A stretch of 64,000 nt of DNA, from positions 32,299 through 96,298 of the forward strand of contig CAVQUM010000010.1 in the NCBI GenBank assembly GCA_963716815.1. Reading direction: 5' to 3'. The stretch is from an uncultured Chloroflexia bacterium. GTDB lineage: Bacteria > Chloroflexota > Limnocylindria > Limnocylindrales > CSP1-4. Numbering within the stretch: the first letter of the stretch is position 1; each line of letters opens with the position of its first letter. A program made the translations under genes and the position numbers. Shown here in pieces: positions 20,874 to 30,411 of this stretch. The notes beneath the pieces were generated by a model that saw only the letters and a list, made by a program, of their open reading frames with translations, ran no database searches and was not told the origin of the DNA.

Positions 20874-22208
20874 GCAAGCTCTTCGGCACTGACGGCATCC
20901 GGGGCGTCGCCAACGAGGACCTCAAGCCATCGCTGGCCCACGCGCTGGGACGGGCGGTCGCGTCGCGCCTGGCCGGACCGGGTGGCCGCATCCTGGTGGG
21001 CCAGGACACGCGACGCTCCGGCGACATGCTGGTGGCTGCGCTCATGTCCGGTGGCACGTCTGCCGGCGCGGACGTGCACGCGCTCGGTGTCTGCCCCACT
21101 CCGGCGTTGGCGCACGTGACCGCTGCCGGCGACTATGCCGCGGGCGTGATGGTCAGCGCCTCCCACAACCCGGCCCACGACAACGGCCTCAAGGTGCTCA
21201 GCGGACGCGGCCTCAAGCTCGATGACGAGATGGAAGGAGAGCTGGAGACGCTCATCCTCCGCGCCGAGGAGCTGGGTGCGCCGCGCAACGACCAGCTCGG
21301 CCGCACCGTCGACTCGCGGGCCGACTTGCACTACTACCTGGACCATCGCCTGGGCATGGCCCGCGCCATCGGCTCCGAGCTGCGGCTCCACCTCGACTGT
21401 GCCAACGGCTCGGCCTCGCCGGTGGCCGCTGAGTATCCTCGCTGCCAGCGGAGCCTCGGTCGAGTCGCACTTCGACACACCCGACGGCGTCAACATCAAC
21501 CTCGGCTGCGGCGCCACCGTGCCCGAGACGCTCGCTGCCATCGTGCGTGAGCGTGGTGGCGACGTCGGCTTCAGCCTCGACGGCGATGCCGATCGCTGCG
21601 TGGCCATCGACGAGCGGGGCGCGGTCGTCGATGGCGACCAGCTGCTGGGCATCATCGCCCTCGACCGGCTCGCCCGCGGCGCCTTGGCCGAGGAGACCAT
21701 GGTCGTGACCATCCTCAGCAACGGCGGGCTCGTCCGTGCCGTGGAGGCGGCCGGCGGGCGCGTGCTGCGGACCAGGGTGGGGGACCGCTACATCGTCGAC
21801 TCCATGCTCGTCTCGAACGCGGGGCTCGGAGGCGAGAAGAGCGGCCACGTCATCATCCGCGAGCACACCGACACCGGCGATGGCATCGTCACCGCGCTGG
21901 AGATCCTGGGCATCCTCGCCCGCCGGCGCGTGCCCCTCTCGGAGCTGGCCGCGGCCATCCCGCTCGACCCACAGGAGCAACGCGCGGTACACGTGCGCAC
22001 CAAGGAGTGGCGCGCCGACCGCGTGCTGGCCGAGGCGGTCGAGGCGGCCGAGGCCGAGCTGGCCGGCAACGGTCGCATCGTGGTGCGGCCGTCGGGCACC
22101 GAGCCCGCGCTGCGCGTGATGGTCGAGGGACGCGACGGGACGCGCGTGCGACGCCTGGCCGACGATCTCGCCGCGCTGGCCGCGGAACGCCTCAACCAGG
22201 TGCGCTGA
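20870..22208 (+). CDS. glmM: Phosphoglucosamine mutase; reading frame broken by a 1-nt insertion at ~21434
   Basis: N-terminus MSKLFGTDGIRGVANEDL...GVMVSASHNPAHDNGLKV (active-site Ser) in frame A up to ...LDCANGSASPVAAE. The rest (ILAASGASVESHFDTPDGVNIN...GDADRC...RPSGTEPALRVMVEG) is in frame +1. The join is at gagTatc. Confidence 0.85.
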
Positions 22209-22210
22209 CG

Positions 22211-24041
22211 ATGTGTGGCATCGTCGGCTACGTCGGACACGGCCAGGCCGCGCCGGTCCTGCTCGCGGGCCTGACCCGGCTCGAGTACCGCGGCTACGAC
22301 TCTGCGGGCATCGCCCTCGTGACCGAGGCGGGCGACCTCTTCATATGCAAGCGCGCGGGCAAGATCGACGTCCTGCGCGAGGCGCTCGCGCAGGACACGC
22401 CGCCCGCCAGCGCCGGCCTGGGCCACACCCGCTGGGCCACGCACGGCCGGCCCAACGACCTCAACGCGCATCCGCACAGGGACTGCACCGGCGAACTCAC
22501 GGTCATCCACAACGGCATCATCGAGAACTTCATCGAGCTGCGCGCCGAGCTCGAGGCTGCCGGCCATGTCTTCGATTCCGAGACCGACACCGAGGCCATC
22601 GCGCACCTCGTGGAGGAGGCCTACGACGGCGACCTCTCCGCTGCCGTGCGTACCGCCCTCCAACGCGCACACGGCGCCTACGCGCTCGCGGTCATCCACA
22701 AAGGCGAACCCGAGCGGGTGGTGGGGGCCAAGATGAACGTGCCCCTCATCGTGGGCCTGGGCGAGGGTGAGGCCTTCCTCGCGTCCGACGTGGCCGCGGT
22801 GCTGGCCCACACGCGCCGGGTCATCTTCCTCGAGGAAGGCGACGTGGCCGACATCGGTCCTGGGACCGTGGCCGTCACCGACATCGTCGGGCGCGAGCAG
22901 GAGCGCCCGGTCACCGAGATCGAGTGGGACCTCGAGGCCGCCGAGAAGGGTGGCTACGAGCACTACATGCTCAAGGAGATACCACGAGCAGCCGGAGGCG
23001 GTCCGGGCCGCCGTCGCCGGCCGGGTCCACGAGGACGAGGTACGCGTGCCCGAGCTCGAGCCGCTGCGACCGATCCTGCCCTACATCGAGCGGGTCGAAC
23101 TGGTCGCCTGCGGTTCGGCGGCCTATGCCGCGGCCGTGGCCGCCAACGCCCTGCAGGCGTGGACGGGCCTGCCCGCTCGCTGGAACGTCGGCTCGGAGTT
23201 CCGCTACGACCCGCCGCCGCTGGACCAGAAGACGCTGGTCATCGCGGTGACCCAGTCGGGCGAGACGGCCGACACACTCGCGCCCGCGCGCCTCGCCCGC
23301 GAGAATGGCTGCCCGGTGGTGGCCGTGACCAACACCGTGGGCTCGGCCATCACGCGCGAGGCCGATGCCGTGCTCTTCCTGCAGGCCGGTCCGGAGATCG
23401 CCGTGGTCGCGACCAAGACGTACGTCACGCAGGTGGTGACGCTGCTGCTCGTGGCGGCCCAGATGGCGAAGTCTCGCGGCGGTCTTGACCAACTCTACGA
23501 GAAGGCTCTCGTGGAGGGGCTACGTGCACTGCCGGCGCACGCCCAGCGCACGATCGAGCTCAACGAGGCGCCCGCGGCTGAGCTGGCCCGTCGCTACGTG
23601 GGCTCTCGCGGCTACATGTACGTGGGCCGGGGCATCACCTACCCCGCGGCCCTGGAGGGTGCGCTCAAGCTCAAGGAGGTCAGCTACGTCCACGCCGAGG
23701 GCTACGCCGCGGGCGAGCTCAAGCACGGGCCCATCTCGCTGCTCGACGCGGAGGTGCCGCTGGTGGCCGTGGCCACGCGTACGGCCGTCCACGACAAGCT
23801 CGTGAGCAACCTCATGGAGGGCCGTGCCCGCGACGCCCGCGTCATCGCCGTGGTCACCGAGGGCGACGACCGCATGAAGGCCGTGGCCGACGACATCATG
23901 TGGGTGCCGCCCACCGTGGAGATGCTGAGCCCGGTCCTGGCGATCATCCCGCTGCAGCTTTTCGCCTATCACACCGCCCTGGAGCGCGGCACCAACGTGG
24001 ACCAGCCGCGCAACCTGGCCAAGTCGGTCACGGTCGAATGA
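22211..24041 (+). CDS. glmS: Glutamine--fructose-6-phosphate aminotransferase; reading frame broken by a 1-nt insertion at ~22981
   Basis: MCGIVGYVGH... (N-terminal Cys glutaminase) through ...GGYEHYMLKEI in frame A. HEQPEAVRAAV...SIS domains...ERGTNVDQPRNLAKSVTVE* in frame +1. The join is at aaggagatAccacgag. Confidence 0.85.
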
Positions 24042-24645
24042 GCACGCTGCCCGTGCCTCCTCCGGGCACGACCGAGGTGGGCATCGACATCATCAAGGTC
24101 GAGCGCATCCGTGCCGCTATCGACAAGCACGGACGCCGCTTCGCGCGGCGGGTGCTGACCGAGCACGAGGACGCCTACGTGCGCGACCGGCCGGAGAACT
24201 TCGCCGGACGCTGGGCCGCCAAGGAGGCCGTCTCCAAGGTGCTCGGCCTGGGCGTGCGCGGGGTCGGCTGGCGCGAGATCGAGATCATCCGCCTGCCCAC
24301 GGGCGCGCCCATGTGCCGGCTCCACGACCGCGCTCTGCGTCGGGCCAACCAACTGGGCTTCGGGCGCATCGCGGTGTCCATCAGCCACGAGCGCGAGTAC
24401 GCGGTGGCGGTCGCCTTCGGCGTGCGCACCGAGGGCGGCGAATTCGTCTTCCCCGTCGACATGGAAGCGCGCATGGACGATCGCGAGAAGCAGCTGATGG
24501 GCCGTCTGCGCCGGCTGCGCGACCTCGATGCCGAGGTGCGCGCGGCCGAAGCCGGGGGGGGGGCGCCGGTGGCGCCGAGGCCGGTGGCGCCGAGGTCGAG
24601 GCCGAGGTCGAGGCCGCGGTCGAGCGGGGAGGGGAGCCCGGGTGA
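24038..24645 (+). CDS. acpS: Holo-[acyl-carrier-protein] synthase with a ~65-aa C-terminal extension; the 3' end needs a frame change at a G10 tract
   Basis: The AcpS core ...GIDIIKVERIRAAIDKH...GRWAAKEAVSKVLGLG...ISHEREYAVAVAFG has no stop in its own frame. The -1 frame ends at TGA 24643-24645, which overlaps the GTG of nnrD (GTGA). The G10 run at 24554-24563 is the likely place of a length error or slippage. Confidence 0.7.
24554..24627 (+). repeat. Homopolymeric G10 tract followed by short tandem repeats (2x ccggtggcgccgagg, 2x tcgaggccgagg)
   Basis: Seen directly: gccGGGGGGGGGGcgccggtggcgccgaggccggtggcgccgaggtcgaggccgaggtcgaggccgcgg. Confidence 0.9.
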
Positions 24646-25580
24646 GCGGGACCGGGGCCACGCTGCTCGACGAGGCCACGGCCGCGGCCATGCTGCCCCA
24701 TCGCGACCCACGCGGGCACAAGGGCACGTTCGGCCGCGTCGTCGCGGTCGCCGGTTCGCTCGACTATGCGGGCGCGGCGCTGTTGTGTGGCGCAGCCGCA
24801 CTCCGCGCGGGCAGCGGGTTGGTGACACTGTGCCTGCCGGCGACGCTGCAGCCGCTGCTGGCCGGACGCGTGCCCGAGCTCATCACGTACGGCCTCGCGG
24901 AGGTCGCTCCCTACGAGGTCGACGCCGACGAGGCCGCCGCCGAGGTCGCCGAGCTGCCGGCTGACGCCCTCGTCGTGGGCCCCGGCCTGCGCCCGGACCG
25001 CCGCAACACCCGCCTGCTCGAGCGCCTGCTGCGCACGCACGGACCGGCGGTCGTGGTCGATGCCGGTGCACTCACAGCGCTGGCGGGCGTGCCCGGCTGG
25101 TGGACGCGCCTCGCCCGACCGGTCGTGGTCACGCCCCACCCGGGCGAGATGGCCCGGCTGGGCAAGACCGCCGGATCGGGCCGTGACGAGCGGGGTGCGG
25201 CCGCCGCCGCGGCCGCGGCCGAGTGGGGCGTGACGGTCGTGCTCAAGGGCGCGGACAGCATCATCGCTGCCCCTGACGGTCGCCTCGCGGTGGCGCCGTT
25301 CGCAGTGCCCGCGCTCGGCTCGGGCGGGGTCGGCGACGTGCTCGCGGGAGTCATCGCCTCGTTCGTGGGGCAGGGCCTCGGGCCGTTCGAGGCAGCCGCT
25401 CTCGGTGTCTACCTCCACGCCCGTGCCGGTGAGGACGTGAGCACCGACCTGGGCGATGCGGGGCTCATGGCCACGGACCTGTTGCCGGCCATCCCGCGTG
25501 TGCGCCGCCAGCTTGCGGCCGTCCGCGCCGGCGGCGGTTCCCGGCTCGGCTTCGAGGTGCCGGCAGGAGGCGAGACGTGA
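24642..25580 (+). CDS. nnrD: ADP-dependent NAD(P)H-hydrate dehydratase (YjeF C-terminal / carbohydrate-kinase-like domain)
   Basis: ...GHKGTFGRVVAVAGSLDYAGAALLCGAAALRAGSGLV...VVTPHPGEMARL...GVGDVLAGVIAS. Probable GTG start at 24642. The R/G-rich N-terminus of ORF 24528 is spurious. Confidence 0.8.
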   Translation: MSGTGATLLDEATAAAMLPHRDPRGHKGTFGRVVAVAGSLDYAGAALLCGAAALRAGSGLVTLCLPATLQPLLAGRVPELITYGLAEVAPYEVDADEAAAEVAELPADALVVGPGLRPDRRNTRLLERLLRTHGPAVVVDAGALTALAGVPGWWTRLARPVVVTPHPGEMARLGKTAGSGRDERGAAAAAAAAEWGVTVVLKGADSIIAAPDGRLAVAPFAVPALGSGGVGDVLAGVIASFVGQGLGPFEAAALGVYLHARAGEDVSTDLGDAGLMATDLLPAIPRVRRQLAAVRAGGGSRLGFEVPAGGET

Positions 25581-26725
25581 CCGATCGGCGCGGGGCCTGG
25601 CTGGAGATCGACCTCGACGCCATCCGCCACAACATCGGGCTCATCCGCGGTGTGGTCGGTCCGGCCGCGGTGGCCCCGGTGGTCAAGGCCGAGGCCTATG
25701 GCCATGGCATGGTCGAGGTCAGCCGGGCGCTGGCACCGATCGTGGACGCGCTCTGCGTGGCCACGCTCGACGAAGCCATGACGCTGCGGCCCCTCGTCGA
25801 GCGGCGCATCATCATGCTCTACCCGGTGCCGCACCCGGCGCTGCCCGAGGCGGTCACGCTCGACGTGGAGCTGCCGGTGATGTCGGCCGCCGATCTCGAC
25901 GCGATCCGCGCCGCGGCTCGCCCCGAGCGCGCCCCGGTGCGGGTCCACATCGGCGTGGAGACGGGCATGGGCCGCGGGGGCCTGGCTCCGGAGGACGTGG
26001 CGGCTGTGGCGTCGGCCGCCCACGTCGATTCCAACGTCGAGCTGGCCGGGCTCTGGTCGCACCTGCACAGCCCGGAGGACCCGCCGACCTCCGACGGTCA
26101 GCTGCTGCGCTTCGAGGTCGCGGTCACTGCCCTGCGCGAGGCGAACATCCCCGTCCCGCCCCGGCACAGCGCCGCGTCGGGGGGCATCTTCACCGGAGAC
26201 GAGCCGGCGCTCGACTTCGTCCGTCCTGGCATCGCTACCTACGGCGTCCTCGACGAGGCCCTGCCCATCGCGCCCGATGCGACCGCGGCAGCACGCAGCC
26301 TGCGTCCGGCGATGTCGCTCAAGGCACGCCCGGTCGCCTTCAGCGACGTTCCCGCCGGCGGCACGGTGGGCTACGGCGGCACCTGGCGTGCCGAGCGTCC
26401 GTCGCGCATCGCGGTGTTGCCGGTCGGTTACGGCGACGGCTATCTGCGCAGCACGCAGCCCGGCGCGGAGGTCCTGGTGCGGGGCGACCGGGCACCCCTC
26501 GTGGGCCGTGTCTCGATGGACGCGGTGACGGTCGATGTCACGGATCTGCCTGGTCTGGGCTACGACGAGGAGTTCGTGCTGCTGGGCTCCCAGGGCGAGG
26601 GGCGCATCACGGCTGGAGAACTGGCGCGTCGGCGCAACACCATCGCCTGGGAAGTGCTCACAAGCATGGCTCAGCGACTGGCCCGGGTGTACCATCCGAC
26701 GGCCGGTACCGCCGAGAGCGAGTAG
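25577..26725 (+). CDS. alr: Alanine racemase
   Basis: 382 aa with the PLP-lysine motif VVKAEAYGHG and a C-terminal beta domain. GTG overlaps the nnrD stop. Confidence 0.9.
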   Translation: MTDRRGAWLEIDLDAIRHNIGLIRGVVGPAAVAPVVKAEAYGHGMVEVSRALAPIVDALCVATLDEAMTLRPLVERRIIMLYPVPHPALPEAVTLDVELPVMSAADLDAIRAAARPERAPVRVHIGVETGMGRGGLAPEDVAAVASAAHVDSNVELAGLWSHLHSPEDPPTSDGQLLRFEVAVTALREANIPVPPRHSAASGGIFTGDEPALDFVRPGIATYGVLDEALPIAPDATAAARSLRPAMSLKARPVAFSDVPAGGTVGYGGTWRAERPSRIAVLPVGYGDGYLRSTQPGAEVLVRGDRAPLVGRVSMDAVTVDVTDLPGLGYDEEFVLLGSQGEGRITAGELARRRNTIAWEVLTSMAQRLARVYHPTAGTAESE

Positions 26726-26731
26726 AACCAA

Positions 26732-26766
26732 CCGGCGCCGGCGCAGACGTGACGCGACCGGTCGCG
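26732..26766 (+). promoter_or_regulatory. Two perfect GC palindromes (ccggcgccgg at 26732-26741; cgcgaccggtcgcg at 26753-26766) between alr and the unknown operon
   Basis: 10-bp and 14-bp self-complementary sequences seen directly. Candidate terminator for alr and/or operator for the downstream operon. Confidence 0.35.
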
Positions 26767-26839
26767 AGGAAGCGGGGAGAGAGGGACCCCGAGCTCGCTG
26801 CCGTGCCGGTTCGACATGTCTCGATGAGGAGATACGGGT

Positions 26840-27202
26840 TTGCTGCGACCACCCGGAATGACCGAGCCAGTCGCCGAAGCGCCAGACTTCGGCACCATCG
26901 AACGCGACGACATCGAGCATGTCGCGCGCGAGATCACCATGCGCGGTGCGACCGTGCCCGCAGTGCTGTTCCTGGAGGCCAATCGGGGCGCAGGTTCACT
27001 CGACGGCCTGGGCATGCTCTTCTTCGACCCTGCCATCCGACGCATCTTCGGCAGTGGCGATCCCGGTGCAGCCAGCCTGCTCGCCGATGACGACGGTATC
27101 GAACGTCTCATCGACCGCCTCGAGGAGCTCGACGCCGAGTGCGGGCCTCGACGCCTGAGCGAGCACCGGTTTCGGCGCGCCCGGCTACCATCTGAGGCGT
27201 GA
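26840..27202 (+). CDS. Hypothetical small protein (~115-120 aa), first gene of an unknown 3-gene operon
   Basis: ORF with high GC3. AGGAG sits 8 nt upstream of the TTG start (an ATG at 26858 is possible). Its stop overlaps the next gene's GTG (GTGA). No family recognised. Confidence 0.5.
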   Translation: MLRPPGMTEPVAEAPDFGTIERDDIEHVAREITMRGATVPAVLFLEANRGAGSLDGLGMLFFDPAIRRIFGSGDPGAASLLADDDGIERLIDRLEELDAECGPRRLSEHRFRRARLPSEA

Positions 27203-28818
27203 CCCAGGACACACCCGCCTTCTTCACGCTTGACCGGGGCACGGTCGGTACGACCGCTGCTCTGATCGGCCCTGTCGATGGGCGTTTCCGGCTGCTCGCA
27301 AGCGCCGCCGTGCCGGCTGCGCTCGACCCGGTCGCCGCCCTCGAGGACATGGCCTGGCGCGTGGCCCGCACCGACGCCTCGCTGGCCGGCTCCATGGAGG
27401 GCTGGCGCGAGTGGTCACGCCTGGAGGTGCGCACCCGCCGCGCGCCGCGCGCGGTGCTGGTCGCTGCGTCCGAGGAGACCGGCACGGCGCTGGAGCGTGT
27501 GTTCACGGCGGCGGGCTGGCTCGTCGGTGCCCGCTACTTCGAGGCTGAGCCGGCCTTCGTCGCGCTCGGGGCCAGCTGCCTCGATCCCGACGTGGACGCG
27601 GTCGTCGTCGGCAGTCGCGACGGCGTCGACGAGAGCGAACGCGAGGCCGCACGTCGGCTGTGGTCGAGGACTGCCTCCCTGGCTCGTTTCCGCGACGACC
27701 TCGCAGTCATCGCCGCGGGCCCCTTCGCCGATCGTCCGGAGGGCATCCCTGACGAGCGGCTGTTCTCGCTGCCCGGGCCCGACGCCGCGCCTGCGACCGT
27801 GGAGACCACCCTGCGCGGGGCGGCGACCCAGGTCGGGCGACATCTCGCCGGACAGGACCAGGCCGCGGCCGATGGACGTACCGCCCTGCGTGCCTCCATC
27901 GCCTCCCTCGCTGTCGTGCTGGGGGCCAGCGTCGACGCGCTCGAGATCGGAGCCGCTGCCGGATCGCGCACGATCGCGGCGCCCGGGGGCGAGCGGCGAC
28001 ACGCCAGCTACGCGGCCGCCGCGCTCTACCCACCGGCGTTGCTCGTGGGCGACGGCCTCGGCGACGCGACCCTGCGCTGGTGCACGCTCGGTGGCGACCC
28101 GGCCGCTCGCCTCGACGGCCTGCGCGAGCTGGTACTGCATCCCTGGGCCACCGTCGAAGGGGAAGGTCCGCACCTGCGCCTGGCCGTGCTACGCGCTGCG
28201 CTCGATCGCCTCCACAGCGCCTGGTCTGCCGCAGACCCCGCCGGCGTCGACGATCCGGCTGCGGCCATCACGCTCCTCTCCGGGGGCGGCTTCGCGGCGG
28301 TGCCGCCGGCGGCTGCCGCGCTGGCCGTGCTCGACGGCGTGCGTCGACCCGGCCCCACGAGCATGCTCCAGGACCACGCCGGCCTGCTCGCGCCACTGGG
28401 CGCGCTGCCGGTCGAGGCCGACCGTCAGCGGCTGCTCGCGGACCTCATGCCGGACATCCTGCTGCCCCTTGGCAGCGCCCTGGTCACCGGCGGCATCGAA
28501 CGGCGCAAGAAGGATCGCGGCGTCGCGAGCCTGAGCGTGTCGAGCGCGCTCGGTGACCAGCGCCTGCGGCTGGACCCGGACCGGCTGCAACTGGTCGACC
28601 TGCCGCCCGGCATCAGCGCACGCCTGGGTCTCGACCCGGGAGAGGGCTCGGTCCTCGGCGTCGAGGGGCGGACCCTGACCATGGAGATCAACGGTGGCCT
28701 CGCGGGGCTCTTCGTCGACACGCGGCCGATCCCGCTCGACCTGCCCGCCGCGGGCGAGGCCCGCCGCGGGACCCTGGCCGGCTGGGAGTCGCTGGTCTGG
28801 GCCGGGAGCGAGCGATGA
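27199..28818 (+). CDS. Hypothetical protein (539 aa); the N-terminus resembles an ASKHA (actin/Hsp70/sugar-kinase) phosphate-1 motif
   Basis: Strong GC3 bias on + and 4-nt overlaps on both sides. AFFTLDRGTVGTTAALIG resembles the hhhhDxGTxxTKxAL motif of the actin-like ATPases GlmL/MutL, EutA and CoaX. The rest is Ala/Leu/Asp-rich with no recognisable motif. Confidence 0.6.
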   Translation: MTQDTPAFFTLDRGTVGTTAALIGPVDGRFRLLASAAVPAALDPVAALEDMAWRVARTDASLAGSMEGWREWSRLEVRTRRAPRAVLVAASEETGTALERVFTAAGWLVGARYFEAEPAFVALGASCLDPDVDAVVVGSRDGVDESEREAARRLWSRTASLARFRDDLAVIAAGPFADRPEGIPDERLFSLPGPDAAPATVETTLRGAATQVGRHLAGQDQAAADGRTALRASIASLAVVLGASVDALEIGAAAGSRTIAAPGGERRHASYAAAALYPPALLVGDGLGDATLRWCTLGGDPAARLDGLRELVLHPWATVEGEGPHLRLAVLRAALDRLHSAWSAADPAGVDDPAAAITLLSGGGFAAVPPAAAALAVLDGVRRPGPTSMLQDHAGLLAPLGALPVEADRQRLLADLMPDILLPLGSALVTGGIERRKKDRGVASLSVSSALGDQRLRLDPDRLQLVDLPPGISARLGLDPGEGSVLGVEGRTLTMEINGGLAGLFVDTRPIPLDLPAAGEARRGTLAGWESLVWAGSER

Positions 28819-29894
28819 CCCCAACGCAGCCCGACGTCGACATGCGCGCCGATGGTCCCGAGCCGGTCCGCTTCGTGGTCCCGGCCGCGCGTCCGGACGT
28901 AGGTCGCAGCCTGTCCATCCCGCTCGACCTCGCCGACCGGCCGCTGGTCGCTCCCGGCGCGCGGGTGGAGGTGGGCCAGCCGATCATCGAGCACTTCCGC
29001 GACGTGGAGCCGGTGGAGATGCCCAGCACTGCCGCGCTCGTGGGCATCCCACCCGGCGCGGTCCTCGACAACGTGCCCGCCGAGCCCAGTGGCCGGCTGG
29101 GGCGGAGGACGAAGACGGCCACACATCGCACCCGCGTCTGCGAGCATGGCCGCGACGGTATCACCCGCCTCGCTGCCGGCGACGCCGCCGTGACCGTGAT
29201 GGCTCCAGCGAGCGGTGTCGTGACCCGCATCACACCGGCTCGCCTGGACCTGCAGGTGGACGGTGTGTCGGTCGATGCCCTCGTCGGCTGGGGCCGGCCC
29301 ACGTTCGGCCGGGTCATGGTCGCGGTCGATGACCGCGGCGCCGAGCTGGCCTCCTCGCGCATCGACGTGGCGGCCGCCGGGGCCGTCCTCGTCGTCGGTT
29401 CGCGCATCGACGTCGAGGCGCTCTCGCGCGCCCGAGCCATCGGCGTGGCTGCGGTCATCGTCGGTGGCGTGGCCAGCCGTGACCTGCGCCAACTGGCCTC
29501 CTCGGAGACGCGGCAGCAGGCGGCGTTGCACGCCGCTGCACCCTTCGGGCTGCTGGCCCTCGGCGGCTATGGTCGCGTGCCCATCCCCAGTCACCTGTGG
29601 GACCTGCTCGTCGCCGCCGATGGCCGCCCCGCCGGCATGCTGCCCCACGCACGCACGCTCGTCATCGGCGGCGATCCGGCGCCGTTGCTCGAGGCCGTCG
29701 CTCGCCCGCCGGGCACCGTGCGCGTCATCACCGGTGAGCACCGCGACCACGAAGGTCGCCTCGTGGGCCTGGCCGGGCCCCGGCGATGGCCCGGCGGCAG
29801 CTACGCCCCCGGTGGTTTCGTGGAGCTGACCGGCCCTGCTGGCGCGGTCGAGCGCCACTGCGTGCCCCTGACCGTTCTCGAGCGACTCGGCTAA
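28815..29894 (+). CDS. Hypothetical protein (359 aa), third gene of the unknown operon
   Basis: ATGA overlap with the upstream gene and high GC3. No recognisable catalytic motif. Ends 10 nt before tsaE. Confidence 0.55.
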   Translation: MTPTQPDVDMRADGPEPVRFVVPAARPDVGRSLSIPLDLADRPLVAPGARVEVGQPIIEHFRDVEPVEMPSTAALVGIPPGAVLDNVPAEPSGRLGRRTKTATHRTRVCEHGRDGITRLAAGDAAVTVMAPASGVVTRITPARLDLQVDGVSVDALVGWGRPTFGRVMVAVDDRGAELASSRIDVAAAGAVLVVGSRIDVEALSRARAIGVAAVIVGGVASRDLRQLASSETRQQAALHAAAPFGLLALGGYGRVPIPSHLWDLLVAADGRPAGMLPHARTLVIGGDPAPLLEAVARPPGTVRVITGEHRDHEGRLVGLAGPRRWPGGSYAPGGFVELTGPAGAVERHCVPLTVLERLG

Positions 29895-29904
29895 CCTCCC
29901 CGCG

Positions 29905-30411
29905 ATGAGTCCGATCGGTCAGGAGCAGCTCGTGCCCGTGAGCCTGCGTGTGCGCACCGCCTCCACGCACGGGACCCGCGCGTTCGCTGCAGCCCTGGCG
30001 CCGGTCGCACAAGCCGGCGACCGCCTGGCGCTGGTCGGTCCGTTGGGTGCGGGCAAGACCCAGTTCGCCAAGGGTTTCGCGCTGGGTCTGGGCATCGATG
30101 ACGTGGTCAACAGCCCAAGCTTCACGCTCATGGCCGAGTACGAGGGCCGGCTCACGCTCTTCCACCAGGACCTCTACCGCCTCGCCGACGCAGGCGAGAT
30201 CCTCGCCGGTGGCCTGCTCGACGAGCGACAGGACGACGGGGTCACGCTGTCCGAGTGGGCCGACCGCCTCGACGAGGAACTCGACCCAGCGCGTCTGACC
30301 GTGGCCATCGAGCCCACCGGCGAGACCACGCGCGACATCGAGATCAGCGGGCACGGCACGGTCGCGGAGCGCTATGTCGCGGCCGCCCGGCGCTGGCAGG
30401 AGACGGCATGA
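29905..30411 (+). CDS. tsaE: tRNA threonylcarbamoyladenosine biosynthesis protein TsaE (P-loop ATPase)
   Basis: 168 aa with the Walker A motif LVGPLGAGKTQFAKG, in the tsaE-tsaB-rimI-tsaD arrangement. Confidence 0.85.
   Translation: MSPIGQEQLVPVSLRVRTASTHGTRAFAAALAPVAQAGDRLALVGPLGAGKTQFAKGFALGLGIDDVVNSPSFTLMAEYEGRLTLFHQDLYRLADAGEILAGGLLDERQDDGVTLSEWADRLDEELDPARLTVAIEPTGETTRDIEISGHGTVAERYVAAARRWQETA

Noticed and set aside
22190-22215. Looked for a glmS ribozyme / riboswitch upstream of glmS
   Set aside because: glmS starts 3 nt after the glmM stop, so there is no 5' UTR to hold a ribozyme.
24528-24641. Upstream extension of nnrD (MPRCARPKPGGGRRWRRGRWRRGRGRGRG...)
   Set aside because: Arg/Gly low-complexity sequence produced by reading the GC repeat region in the wrong frame. 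The conserved YjeF_C sequence starts at GTG 24642, which is coupled to the upstream stop.
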